Positions 37,658 to 48,258 of a stretch of 64,000 nt of DNA are shown here, in pieces; the first letter of the stretch is position 1; each line of letters begins with the position of its first letter. The notes under the pieces are model-generated. The model did no database searches. It saw only the letters and a program-made list of their open reading frames with translations, and was not told the origin of the DNA. The position numbers and the translations under genes were made by a program. This stretch comes from a virus. The DNA lies in IMG/VR virus record IMGVR_UViG_3300037205_000062, positions 98,912 to 162,911 of that record. One strand, written 5' to 3'.

Positions 37658-38134
37658 ATGGTTGATTTTCTTAATCAAGATTTGTTAGAAGTTAGTGTTG
37701 ATGTTATAATTCAAAGTAATAATTGTTTTTGTACTCAAGGCACGGGAATTGCAAAAGCTATCCGTGAAAAATATCCAGAAGTTTTTACCCAAGATAGTCT
37801 TACTAAAAGAGGCGATGCGAATAAATTAGGGACTATTTTACCAGTTAAATTAGTAACCTCCGTTGCTCCTTATTATTGTTTATTAAACTATAATCAATAT
37901 AAATTTGGAAGAAATAAAAGACAAGTAAATTATGAATCATTTTATCGTTGTCTTGAATTATCTAAAGATTTTTGTATCAAAAATGGTTGTAAAACTTTGG
38001 GATTGCCGTATAAAATGTCTTGTCACAATGCGGGAGGATCGTGGCCAGTTGTTTTGTGTATGATTGAATCAGTTTTTAATGATGAAAATATTAAAGCATA
38101 TATATGTAAATTGCCTGAAATTGACCCTTTTTGA
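37658..38134 (+). CDS. Macro domain (ADP-ribose hydrolase-like)
   Basis: DLL...DVIIQS.NCF...G.GIAK.I..KYP, LPY...AGG.W. Confidence 0.8.
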   Translation: MVDFLNQDLLEVSVDVIIQSNNCFCTQGTGIAKAIREKYPEVFTQDSLTKRGDANKLGTILPVKLVTSVAPYYCLLNYNQYKFGRNKRQVNYESFYRCLELSKDFCIKNGCKTLGLPYKMSCHNAGGSWPVVLCMIESVFNDENIKAYICKLPEIDPF

Positions 38135-38143
38135 TATTATAAT

Positions 38144-38668
38144 ATGAGTGACGTTATGTATAATGATTTTCCAGATTGGAAAGAAAAGATAAAAAGTTAT
38201 CTTGTTCATGATGAAGCTCAAATAAAGGGATTTTTCTTTGATTATCGTTGGTTAAGTAACTTTTCTAAAGGTAAGTGTTGTTATGAAGGCGATATTTATC
38301 TTTATTCTGAAAATGCTTATCAGGCCGCCAAAGTGTCACCAGAACATAGAAAAAGGTTTTTTTTCTGTTCCCCTTCTGAATCAAAAAAGATTTGGAAAGA
38401 TTTACCTCCAATAGATATTAGCAAAGACGACTGGGATAAACGCAAATATGATGTTATGTTTGACATTGTAGTAAGTAAATTTTTGTTTAATAAAGATTTG
38501 CGCCAAAAGTTAATTGATACTGGCAATCGTTATTTGGAAGAAACAAATCATTGGCATGATAATTTTTACGGTTATTGTATATGCGAGCGGTGTAAGGATA
38601 AAATACATCAAAATATGCTTGGGAAAATCCTTATGCTTAATAGGACTTTTTATCAAAATAATAAATAG
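38144..38668 (+). CDS. NADAR-family protein
   Basis: WLSNF, SENAYQAAK, W...KYDVM, L.E.NHWHDNFYG, N.LGKILM. Confidence 0.88.
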   Translation: MSDVMYNDFPDWKEKIKSYLVHDEAQIKGFFFDYRWLSNFSKGKCCYEGDIYLYSENAYQAAKVSPEHRKRFFFCSPSESKKIWKDLPPIDISKDDWDKRKYDVMFDIVVSKFLFNKDLRQKLIDTGNRYLEETNHWHDNFYGYCICERCKDKIHQNMLGKILMLNRTFYQNNK

Positions 38669-38803
38669 AATAAGTTAAATAGACTTGACAATTTGATAAT
38701 TTTATGTCCTAATTGTCATAGTCAAACAAATACAAATAAAGGAAAAAATGCAAGCAGAAAACATTATAGAAAGGGAAAATGTCCGACAACAGAATCAAAG
38801 TAG
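38669..38803 (+). pseudogene. HNH endonuclease remnant
   Basis: NRLDNLIILCPNCHSQTNT. Confidence 0.65.
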
Positions 38804-39442
38804 ATTCTGGTTTACGTCGGATACTTAGCTCATTTTTTTCATAAAAATATTATCAAATATTCTAGTCGTCCATTTTCTAATATCGAAGAAATGAACGAAA
38901 CTATCGTAAATAATTGGAATAAAGTAGTGAATGAAGATGACATCGTTTATTTTCTTGGTGATTTTATTTTTGGAAACAGTGCGCAAACCAAAGACCTTTT
39001 TTTTAAATTAAAAGGAAAAATTAAAATAATTTGGGGCAATCATGATTCTACTTTAAAACAATTTTTAAAAGGTATAAATAATTATCCAGAATTAAAAAAG
39101 AGAATCGAAATTTTAGGTGATTATGCCGAAATAAAGATAAACGAGCAAGATATTACTCTGTGTCATTATGCTATGAAAATTTGGAATCATTCGCATCATG
39201 GAGCATGGAATTTGTTCGGACATAGTCATGGAAATCTTCCAGATGATCCGCATAGTTTGAGTTTTGACGTAGGAGTAGATTGTCATAATTTTTCACCAAT
39301 TTCTTTTGATGAAGTGTCTAAAATAATGTCCAAAAAAGTTTGGAAATCTATTGACCATCATGGAGAAAAATTTAATAAAGAGGATTATTCTAAATTAGAG
39401 CGTCAACGTCAATACGAAATGTTAAAATTAGAATTTAATTGA
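38748..39442 (+). pseudogene. Metallophosphoesterase interrupted by 5 nt (TAGCT) inside DxH motif
   Basis: FWFTSDT-[TAGCT]-HFFHKNII...LGDF...GNHD...CHY...GHSH...DVGVD. Confidence 0.75.
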
Positions 39443-39479
39443 CAAAGTATAAAATTTAATATATGTTTTTTTTAAAATC

Positions 39480-40157
39480 GTGAAACCTAACAAGATTATA
39501 TTAGTCAGACATGGCGAAAGTCAAGGCAATGTTAATAAAGAAATTTATTCCGAAATTCCAGATTACGCTATTTATCTAACTGAAAAGGGTAAGAAACAAG
39601 CTCAAGAAGCTGGACAAAAAATAAAACATATTATAAATAACGAATCTTATTGTGCTTATTTTTCACCTTATTTTAGGGCGCGACAAACAATGGATATAAC
39701 ATTAGATGAATTAAACCCTTTAAAATTAGCATTTTTTCGAGAGGAACCGAGAATTAGAGAGCAAGAATATTCTGGAAAACTACGTGATGGCAAACTTTTA
39801 AATGAAAAGGAAAGAGAATCTTTTGGAAAATTCTTTTATCGTTTACATGGTGGAGAATCAGCGGCTGATGTTTATGATCGTGTAAGTGATTTTATTGGTT
39901 CTCTACATAGAGATTTTGTAAAAGAAAATTATCCAAATAATATTTTACTTTTTGGTCATGGAATGACAAATAGAGTCTTTTTGATGCGTTGGTTACATAT
40001 TTCTATTGAAGAATTTGAAATGTGGAAAAATCCTCATAATGGTGAATTGCATATTTTGGAATTACAAAAGGATGACAAATATAGACTTATTACAGAAATG
40101 AGAAAACACGAAAAGGGTTATGGATATAAATATAATTTTAAAGGACATGAAAATTGA
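39480..40157 (+). CDS. Histidine phosphatase (phosphoglycerate mutase family)
   Basis: LVRHGES, SPY.RARQT, GES..DVYDR, GHG. Confidence 0.9.
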   Translation: MKPNKIILVRHGESQGNVNKEIYSEIPDYAIYLTEKGKKQAQEAGQKIKHIINNESYCAYFSPYFRARQTMDITLDELNPLKLAFFREEPRIREQEYSGKLRDGKLLNEKERESFGKFFYRLHGGESAADVYDRVSDFIGSLHRDFVKENYPNNILLFGHGMTNRVFLMRWLHISIEEFEMWKNPHNGELHILELQKDDKYRLITEMRKHEKGYGYKYNFKGHEN

Positions 40158-40425
40158 TATACAAAATCGAAGTAAAATTACTAAAATAATTAATGGCGCG
40201 ATTATAAGCGCCATTAATGATCATGGACCTATTACTGAAGATAATTATAGTAGTGCTTCTAAACGAGTGTATGGCGAATTGAAATGTTTAGCTAAAAATC
40301 AACGGGATATAGATGAAAATATAGAAAATAATATAAATTCTCAATGTTTAGCAGATACTTTTGGTAGTCACGGGCAGGGATAAAAAAGTCTTGACATTTC
40401 AGAAAATTTGATCTAAAATATACAA

Positions 40426-40663
40426 ATAGAATAATCTAACGCTGTATTAGGTAAAACCCTAATATAGAGGAAGTTCGACGGAGCTAAACAGCCGTGGCAG
40501 GAATAAAATCCGTTATTGACCACAAGGTAGCTCTAATTCTAAACGTCCGAGGGTAATGTTTCCCGTTGACGACAGGTTGAAGCAGCCATTATTAGTACAT
40601 GGCCATTAGAAATAATGAGATAAATGTTAGATTGAAATTAACAAAACGTCGGCTATTTTCTAT
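40426..40663 (+). ncRNA. rnpB: Compact RNase P RNA (~238 nt)
   Basis: P1, P2 AATCTAAC/GTTAGATT, P3, P4 GAGGAAGTTCGACG / AACAAAACGTCGGCT, J18/2 AGATAAAT; TTGACA promoter at 40391. Confidence 0.85.
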
Positions 40664-40746
40664 ATACATTTCGAGTCGCAAATAACGAGCGTATAAACCA
40701 TGCTTAATACTTGACATTCTATAAAATTCCAATATAATAGATTTAT

Positions 40747-41100
40747 ATGTATAATTTGTTTCTCGATGACGAGAGGATGCCAAAAAACGTAACTTGGGTA
40801 AAATTACCATTAGTCGAGTGGGTTATTGTGCGTAGTTATAATCAATTTGTTCAAGTCATCAAACAAAAAGGTCTTCCATCGCTAATATCCTTCGATCATG
40901 ATCTTTCTTACGAGGACGAAAAAAAGACAAAAGATTTTAAAGAAAAAAATGGCTATGATTGCGCGAAGTTTTTATTTGAATATTGTATGTCAAAAAATTT
41001 AGAATTGCCAAAGTATTATATTCACTCACTTAATGTTGTTGGTCGCGAAAATATTTTTAATTTATTAAACTCTTTCAATAAATTTCAAAATATAGATTAA
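40747..41100 (+). CDS. Cyclic-phosphate-processing receiver-like domain protein
   Basis: LFLDDER.P, ISFDHDL, GYDCAKFL, HS.N..G..NI. Confidence 0.75.
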   Translation: MYNLFLDDERMPKNVTWVKLPLVEWVIVRSYNQFVQVIKQKGLPSLISFDHDLSYEDEKKTKDFKEKNGYDCAKFLFEYCMSKNLELPKYYIHSLNVVGRENIFNLLNSFNKFQNID

Positions 41101-41149
41101 TATAAAAACAAGTGCTTGACAATAATTAAAATTGTGATAATTTCAAATT

Positions 41150-42268
41150 ATGAATAGGGAAATGGTTCAAAAAATTCACGAAACACCTTTTAAGTTTTTT
41201 GCGGCTATTAGTGGTGGAGGACAAGGTTTTTTGGGCGATTTTTGCAAAATAGAAGGGGCATCTAATAATTTTATTGGTGCCATTATTCCTTATAATCAAA
41301 ATATTTTTAATAAATTTTTAGGGGGCAGGAGTCCAGACCATTATGTTAGCTCCGAGGCGGCGAGAAAGCTTGCTGTATCATCGTTTATGGAATGTTTAAA
41401 TGCTAATATCCCGCGTCAAAATGCCGTAGGGTTAGCGGCAACCTGCTCCCTTGCGAAATTTAATGAAAGAGAAAATAGAAAACATAAAGTGTATATTGCT
41501 GCCCATTGCTATACGTTTACATTGGTTATTGAGATTATTCTAAATCAACATCGTCGTAACCGTAGTAGCGAAGATGAATTAGTGTCCAATTTGTTGTTTG
41601 AAGTATTAGCGTATGTTACTCTGGCAAAACCCATTAATATTAAACCGTTTTATATTGATGAAGAAAATGGGGAAAGTTTCAAAATTACAGAAGAAAGAGA
41701 TAAAAATTTAGGTTATCTTATTAATGGCGAAACTGATTTAATTAGTACTGTCAATTTAGCTGAAACTAAAGAACTTGTAATATTTAGTGGTTCATTTAAC
41801 CCTATTCATAATGCCCATAAAGAGATTGTCGAGGCGGCACAAAAAATTACTAATCAACCAGTATTTTTAGAATTAACTATAAATAATGCTGATAAAGGTT
41901 TTCTAGACTTTATTGAATTAGAAAATCGTATCAATAATTTAGCTGGATATGAATTTATTTTAACTAATGCTCGCACTATGAAAGATAAAGTAGATACGAT
42001 TAAAAAATATGCCCCAAAAGCTAATTTAATTTTCGTTGTTGGTTCGGACACTTGGGAACGTATTTGGAATCCCAAATATGGATTTGAATTACATTTTCTT
42101 GAACAGTTTTTTACGAATCAAAACGTTAGGTTTATTAAATTCAAAAGAGGTGGATTTGTTGAAAAGGAAATTTCTTGTGGTAAAAATTTGTTAATTCAAC
42201 ATGATAAAATTAATGAGCCAACCAAAACTATTAGTTCGAGTGATATAAGAAAAGGTTTGACAACTTAA
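41150..42268 (+). CDS. CinA/PncC-like domain fused to NMN/NaMN adenylyltransferase
   Basis: GAS..F.G..IPY, VS.EAA..LA; FSGSFNPIHNAH, VGSDT, ISSSDIR. Confidence 0.75.
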   Translation: MNREMVQKIHETPFKFFAAISGGGQGFLGDFCKIEGASNNFIGAIIPYNQNIFNKFLGGRSPDHYVSSEAARKLAVSSFMECLNANIPRQNAVGLAATCSLAKFNERENRKHKVYIAAHCYTFTLVIEIILNQHRRNRSSEDELVSNLLFEVLAYVTLAKPINIKPFYIDEENGESFKITEERDKNLGYLINGETDLISTVNLAETKELVIFSGSFNPIHNAHKEIVEAAQKITNQPVFLELTINNADKGFLDFIELENRINNLAGYEFILTNARTMKDKVDTIKKYAPKANLIFVVGSDTWERIWNPKYGFELHFLEQFFTNQNVRFIKFKRGGFVEKEISCGKNLLIQHDKINEPTKTISSSDIRKGLTT

Positions 42269-42291
42269 CAAGTATAATATAATTTATTTTT

Positions 42292-42726
42292 ATGGATTAT
42301 CCTACTTCATTTCAAACTACGGATGCTTTTATTTTTAATCGTGTTACAAGAGGTATGTTACTTGGACGAAAGAAGGGTGCAGATAAATGGCGATTTATTG
42401 GAGGGTTTGTTGATCCAAAAGACGTTTCTTTAGAAGCCGCCGCACAACGCGAAAGGATTGAAGAGGCTGGAAAAAATTTAGAATGCGCTTTTCCTGAATA
42501 TATTTTTAGTTTTCGTGTTGATGATCCTCGTTATAAAGATAGTCCACATAAAATTCTTACCGCTGTTTTCGCGCACGAATATATTTTTGGCTATGCTCAA
42601 GCGGGCGATGATATTGAACAAGTTGATTGGTTTGACTTTTCTTATATTAGAGGAAGTTATAAAAAGATTGTGGTTAAAACTCATTGGCCAATTGTTGAAA
42701 GTTTAATAAAACATGGTTTAATATGA
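42292..42726 (+). CDS. Nudix hydrolase (ADP-ribose pyrophosphatase-like)
   Basis: GGFVDP.D.SLE.AA.RE..EE, AGDDI. Confidence 0.85.
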   Translation: MDYPTSFQTTDAFIFNRVTRGMLLGRKKGADKWRFIGGFVDPKDVSLEAAAQRERIEEAGKNLECAFPEYIFSFRVDDPRYKDSPHKILTAVFAHEYIFGYAQAGDDIEQVDWFDFSYIRGSYKKIVVKTHWPIVESLIKHGLI

Positions 42727-43151
42727 AAAATGAATATCAATTATGTGGAGTTTGTATAATTTGGTGCGGCGGCAAAATTGTTTTAGCTGAAAGAAAAGCT
42801 ACAAGTTTTAGTGGATATTATGGGGTTGCTGGCGGTAAAATCAATAAAGGAGAAAACATTTTGGATGGAACAGTTAGGGAAGTTTGGGAGGAAACTGGTG
42901 CTTATATTTATAAGGGTGGTTTAGACTTAATAGATTGTTACGTTTTAGATGATAAAAAGCAAAAGGTTTTTATTTTTGAATCTGGCCAAGACATTATTTA
43001 TTTTCATAATATTAAGCATACTGAACCTAAAAAACTTGGTCCTTGGAAACTGTATACAAAAGAGGAAGCGTTAAAACTTAATTTAATGCCATATATTCGT
43101 GAATATTTGGAAAACGTTAATGTTAAAAAATTCAAACCAATTTTTGCTTGA
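42723..43151 (+). CDS. Nudix hydrolase
   Basis: GGKI..GE......REVWEETG. Confidence 0.85.
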   Translation: MKNEYQLCGVCIIWCGGKIVLAERKATSFSGYYGVAGGKINKGENILDGTVREVWEETGAYIYKGGLDLIDCYVLDDKKQKVFIFESGQDIIYFHNIKHTEPKKLGPWKLYTKEEALKLNLMPYIREYLENVNVKKFKPIFA

Positions 43152-43182
43152 CAAACCTTTAAATATACATTAAATTTTAATT

Positions 43183-44595
43183 ATGAGTAATATCATATTC
43201 CAAACGGATAGTTATAAACTTAATCACTGGAATCAATACCCAGAAGATACAGAAGTAGTTTATTCTTATTTTGAATCTCGTCATGGTGCCGCATTTCCCT
43301 ACACCATTTTCTTTGGATTACAGGCTATTCTTAAAAAGTATTTGGTTGGGCAAGTGGTTACTCGCGCAAAAATTGAACGGGCTGCGGCTTTATGCTTGGC
43401 GCATTTTGGTACTAATACCATGTTTAATCGTAGTGGTTGGGAATACATTTTAGAAAAACATAATGGTTTTTTGCCTATTCGTATTAAAGCAATACCAGAA
43501 GGATTAAAAATTCCGACTAATAATGTTTTGATGACGGTTGAAAATACTGACGAACAAAATTGTGGATGGTTAACAAATGCTTTAGAAAGCGTTTTAACTC
43601 ATGTTTGGTATTCGAGTACGGTAGCAACTCTTTCGCGAAGTGTAAAAGAAACTATTCGAGTTTATCTTGAAAAAACTTCTGAAAATATGGGTGGTTTAAA
43701 TTTCATGTTACACGATTTTGGTTATCGCGGTGTAAGTAGCGATGAATCTTCGGAATTTGGCGGTGCTGCTCACCTTGTTAATTTTATGGGAACTGATACC
43801 GTGCCAGCCATGGAATTTATAGTTGATTATTATAACGGTAAAAAGGATTTTTCTGGAATTGCTTATAGTGTTCCCGCGACTGAACATAGTATCATGACAG
43901 CTTTAGGTAAAAATGGCGAAGCTAATGTTGTTGAAAGACTTTTAACTCAATATCCCAAAGGTATTTTGTCGGTTGTCGCTGATAGTTATGACATTTATAA
44001 TTTTGTAAATATTATTGTTGGAAAAATATTTAAAGAAGAAATCTTAAATCGTGATGGCATATTTGTTGTACGCCCTGATAGTTGTGACCCAACTCACCCA
44101 ACTCCAGAAAGTTTAATGGTTTGGATTATGAATGCTCTTTGGGGCAATTTTGGCGGCACTATCAATAAAAAAGGCTATAAGGTTATTAATCCAAAGATAC
44201 GTGTGCTTTGGGGCGATGGAATTGATAACATTGGAATTGAAAAAATTTTGCAAGCCGTTATGGATAATGGGTTTAGCGTAGAAAATATTGCTACGTTTGG
44301 AATGGGCGGCGGCTTGCTTCAAAAAATTAATCGTGATACACAACGTTTTGCTTTCAAGAGTAGCGCACAAAAGCGAAATGGTCTTTGGTATGATATTCAA
44401 AAGGAACCTAGAGATACTACTAAAATTAGTAAAAAGGGGCGTTTGAAGTTAGTTAATGACAATGGTAATTTTTTGACAGTTCCAATTACTGATAATCGTC
44501 CTGATGTTCTTCAAACAGTTTTTGAAAATGGACAATTAATTAAGGAGTATACATTTAATGAAATAAGGGCGAACGCCGAAAAGGATTTAACATGA
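43183..44595 (+). CDS. nadV: Nicotinamide phosphoribosyltransferase
   Basis: TDSYK..H, LHDFGYRG, AHLVNF.GTDT, PATEHS, DSYD, RPDS, GDGI, GMGGGLLQ. Confidence 0.95.
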   Translation: MSNIIFQTDSYKLNHWNQYPEDTEVVYSYFESRHGAAFPYTIFFGLQAILKKYLVGQVVTRAKIERAAALCLAHFGTNTMFNRSGWEYILEKHNGFLPIRIKAIPEGLKIPTNNVLMTVENTDEQNCGWLTNALESVLTHVWYSSTVATLSRSVKETIRVYLEKTSENMGGLNFMLHDFGYRGVSSDESSEFGGAAHLVNFMGTDTVPAMEFIVDYYNGKKDFSGIAYSVPATEHSIMTALGKNGEANVVERLLTQYPKGILSVVADSYDIYNFVNIIVGKIFKEEILNRDGIFVVRPDSCDPTHPTPESLMVWIMNALWGNFGGTINKKGYKVINPKIRVLWGDGIDNIGIEKILQAVMDNGFSVENIATFGMGGGLLQKINRDTQRFAFKSSAQKRNGLWYDIQKEPRDTTKISKKGRLKLVNDNGNFLTVPITDNRPDVLQTVFENGQLIKEYTFNEIRANAEKDLT

Positions 44596-44703
44596 AAAAA
44601 CAAAAAAATAAACAAACTTATTGTCGCTGGTGCGGTAGCTATGGATCACATAAAAGTTCTGAACACGTTTACGAAAACGAAAAACCTATTATTCTATCCG
44701 AAA

Positions 44704-44940
44704 ATGAAAGCAAGAAAAATAATAAAAAGAAGCGTCTTTAAGTATTTTCATAAAGATTCTAATGTTGTATATAGAACAAAGAATAATGTTTCATTATGTG
44801 GATATATGTATTTAGAAGAACATAATCATTGGTATCCAGCAGTATTTGCCAACAGGAAATCGGAAGAAGTACTTATAAGTGATGGATGGAAACTTATTCC
44901 TTTTGACGCAATTGATAAATTAAGACAAAAATATTTATAA
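44704..44940 (+). CDS. Small protein with MKxR tag (MKARKIIKR)
   Basis: Internal ATG 44704. Confidence 0.55.
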   Translation: MKARKIIKRSVFKYFHKDSNVVYRTKNNVSLCGYMYLEEHNHWYPAVFANRKSEEVLISDGWKLIPFDAIDKLRQKYL

Positions 44941-44947
44941 CATAATT

Positions 44948-45469
44948 ATGAAAACTAGAATAATTAAAAAACGAAGTGACTATTTGTATTTTTACCATCC
45001 AAATGATCGTAGAGTCTGTAGAGTTAAGAATAATATTTTTATGTATTCGACTGATATGGAAAAATGGATTATAGACAAGAGTATAATTTCTATTTCTCGG
45101 TTAACAACCATATGTAATTGGAAAGAATGTTCTTATGAATTTGCAAAAGATTTATGCGATAAAAAAAATTCAGGCAATTCAATTGCTATTGATTCAATTC
45201 CTGAAGATTTAATTGTTGTTGATCCAATCAAAGCTTACCCTTTAAACTCGAATTATAATTGGTCGGACGCAGTAAATAAATCACCTTGTAGAGATTTATC
45301 TTCGCGACTAAATGAAATTAAGAAAGGATCACCTCAAATACTGCAAGACTATCTTATGGCCGTAGTTGAACCTAATCCAACAAATATAACATGTGCCGAC
45401 AATCCTTGTAATTCTAAAAATCACCATGACGAAATAGTAAAATGGATAGAACCAGATTATAATACTTAA
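44948..45469 (+). CDS. Protein with MKxR tag (MKTRIIKKR)
   Basis: ORF track; N-terminal half resembles upstream neighbour. Confidence 0.55.
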   Translation: MKTRIIKKRSDYLYFYHPNDRRVCRVKNNIFMYSTDMEKWIIDKSIISISRLTTICNWKECSYEFAKDLCDKKNSGNSIAIDSIPEDLIVVDPIKAYPLNSNYNWSDAVNKSPCRDLSSRLNEIKKGSPQILQDYLMAVVEPNPTNITCADNPCNSKNHHDEIVKWIEPDYNT

Positions 45470-46099
45470 ATGGATTTATTAAATGACAAAAGGGTTTTAA
45501 GACTTAACGCAAATTATCAAAGACTTGGTTTTTGCAGTGGACAAGATGCTTTTATTGCCCTAATGGGAGAAAACGCTGATGGTTCACCACCAGCTTTAGC
45601 GTTAGATATTTATTATAATTATGATGAATTTGGAAAACCTATCATTGAAAAAATAAAATATTTTGATGCTTTAGATTGGGAATTTTGGCTTTTAACAGAA
45701 CCACGCAAGGGTGATTTAGATAAAGTCATTCATACTTCTAAAAGAATCGTTAGAATACCAACGGTTTTGGTATGTCCAAGATTTCGTAAAATGCCAATGA
45801 GACAACAAAAGGCTACTCCATCCGCTATATATGAACGGGATGGAAATAAGTGTGTTTATAGTGGCATTCCCTTGACAAATAAAACTCGTTCACTTGATCA
45901 CGTTATACCTCGCTCAAAAGGTGGGGAAAATACTTGGGAAAATTTAGTGGCATGTCATAGAGATATTAATTCAAAAAAGGGAGATAAATTCAATCATGAA
46001 ATTGGTTTAAAAATTGCGCGGCCAATTCCTTCTCCAAGAATATTGCCCTTATGTTCGACCATTAAAGGTGTTTATCATCCAGATCATGAACATTTTTAG
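45470..46099 (+). CDS. HNH endonuclease (McrA-like)
   Basis: IYERDG.KCVYSG, DHVIPRSKGG...WENLVAC...N..KGD. Confidence 0.85.
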   Translation: MDLLNDKRVLRLNANYQRLGFCSGQDAFIALMGENADGSPPALALDIYYNYDEFGKPIIEKIKYFDALDWEFWLLTEPRKGDLDKVIHTSKRIVRIPTVLVCPRFRKMPMRQQKATPSAIYERDGNKCVYSGIPLTNKTRSLDHVIPRSKGGENTWENLVACHRDINSKKGDKFNHEIGLKIARPIPSPRILPLCSTIKGVYHPDHEHF

Positions 46100-46436
46100 A
46101 ACAATAATTTAAAATAAAATAATTTTCTTTAAAAAAGAACTTGACAATATATTAATATTGGTTTAGTTTTCATTATATGAAATTGTTGCTTGAATTTACC
46201 GAAGGCGAATTAGAAAATTTTCGTACATTTTCTCAATCCGTTGAAAAACAACTTGGCAACGTTTATGTTGGAACAAATTCACTTTGTGTTTATTACGATT
46301 ATCCAAAAGAATTAGCTGGACTTTTGCGACCAACGGCAGGGAATCCTTATGTGAGTGACGCAGAACTTGCTGAATTAAAGCATAAACTTAAATCAGGAAA
46401 ATTAGTTTTTGAAATATTTAGTAGTAAGCCGCAAAA

Positions 46437-46700
46437 ATGAAACATAGACCTTTAATTTTACGTTCTGATGCTTCTTGTGAATATTTATGGAGTGGTACCG
46501 TTTATGAACGGTCGTATTATGAATGGCCGTACGTGAAAATTTTTAAAAAGAATAAGAATGGTGTTTTTGTCAAGCAATTAAGTGGTAATGAATGGATTTC
46601 TATACATGATGTTACTTGGAATTATTACCAATTTGTAAAAGAATGGAAAAAAATTGGAAAAAAAGAACTACAGTTTTATTATCCAGATATAGTTTTATAA
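46437..46700 (+). CDS. Small protein with MKxR-like tag (MKHRPLILR)
   Basis: ORF track. Confidence 0.5.
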   Translation: MKHRPLILRSDASCEYLWSGTVYERSYYEWPYVKIFKKNKNGVFVKQLSGNEWISIHDVTWNYYQFVKEWKKIGKKELQFYYPDIVL

Positions 46701-46991
46701 GACCCTATTGCTTGAAAAATTTCTTGACAAATCATAAAAACCATCATAAATTTATTCTATGAACAAACATATTAAAGATGTAGAATCATTCAATATTGGA
46801 CTTCAATCCGCCTTGGATGTATTGCGGCAACATTTTTTTGCGGGCAATCTCGATGGCGCTAATAACGCCATTCTTCAAATTGAAAGAATGATTGTACCCA
46901 TATCGGATAATGGAGTTTACGACGATATTTATATTCCTGATTCTGTAAAGGAGGAATTCGTCCCCCCCGCTGATTTAATGGAGCAAGTTTA

Positions 46992-47393
46992 ATGTTATTT
47001 CCTAATCCTAATGGTAAAATTATAGCGGTTATTGGTAGTAGAGAGTTTGCAGATAAAAAACTTCTTTATGATTATCTTACACCACGTAGAGATAAAATAA
47101 AATTAATAGTTTCAGGCGGCGCACGAGGCGCTGATACATTAGCGGTAAAATTTGCAACCGATTTCGGTATACCTTATTTAGTATTTCCTGCTTTATGGCA
47201 CGATTTAGAAACTGGAGTATTTAATAAAGGCGCGGGCTTTAAAAGAAATTGGTTTATAATTTCTAATTGTGATGTTGTTATTCCTTTTATAAAAAAGGGC
47301 GGAAGCAAAGGAACACAAAATTCTATTGATATTGCTAAACAATTAGGAAAACCAGTTAAAATTATTGAATTTGAACCAATAGAAACTTTGTAA
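46992..47393 (+). CDS. SLOG-family (YspA/DUF2493-like) protein
   Basis: AVIGSREF, IVSGGARGAD, AGFKRN, SKGT. Confidence 0.8.
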   Translation: MLFPNPNGKIIAVIGSREFADKKLLYDYLTPRRDKIKLIVSGGARGADTLAVKFATDFGIPYLVFPALWHDLETGVFNKGAGFKRNWFIISNCDVVIPFIKKGGSKGTQNSIDIAKQLGKPVKIIEFEPIETL

Positions 47394-48258
47394 TTAAAAT
47401 TCTTGACAAAAAGTAAAAATTAATCTATATTAAACATATGAGTAATAAGTATAATTATCGTGATAAATCAGGCAAATTTGCGAAATCGGTTTCAAATACC
47501 AAAATCGTTGCAGGCAGATTATACTCTTGGAAAGGTATAACTGTTCGCGCCATTTCTGCCGCCAACAAAGAAAACGCCATTGTTAGCGTACATAAAGCCT
47601 TAATAGGAACTGTCCCTAAAAGCGAGCTTCAACTCCTTTCCAAGGACCAAGTTCTAGCTTATTTGGAAAACGTATAAATTACTTGACTGAGTTATAAAAG
47701 TACGTCATAATTTGGGTAATATGAGAAATGTTGAATATTTATTACCTCTTGAAAATAATGGCGAAGCAGTTGAACGACATTTTAAATCTCATATCTCCAA
47801 AGGTTCAATATCGCCCACAAAAAGAGTTGCGAATGTTAATTTAAGTGAAGTGGAAAAGGCTAGAGCAGAGATGATACGCAAGCACCGAAATTGGCGGCGA
47901 CGGAGGAATTCACTTTTAAATTCTTACTATGAATAATAATTTATGATTAACGTTTGCGTCATTTATCCAAATACACAAGAATCCAGAAATAGTATTTTTG
48001 GAAAACTTGTTGAATGGTCTAAAAAAATAGATTTAGAAACCCAAGGAATTTCAGCGAACCATTTTAAGGTAGTTAAAGGCTGGCCACCAAAAGAGGTATT
48101 AGAAAATTTTCCTTTAAATCTTCAAATTGAAGAGATTATTATAGAAAATGATAAGATAACTACTATCCGTAAATTAGTAGTTGATGCTGAAATTATTGAA
48201 AATTCGACCGTAGAAGAAATTCAACAAAAAGAAACTTCACAAATTATTGAGACTACAA

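Noticed and set aside
40572-40588. SRP RNA (CAGG...AGCAGCC)
   Set aside because: Lacks the intervening tetraloop hairpin and lies inside the RNase P RNA.
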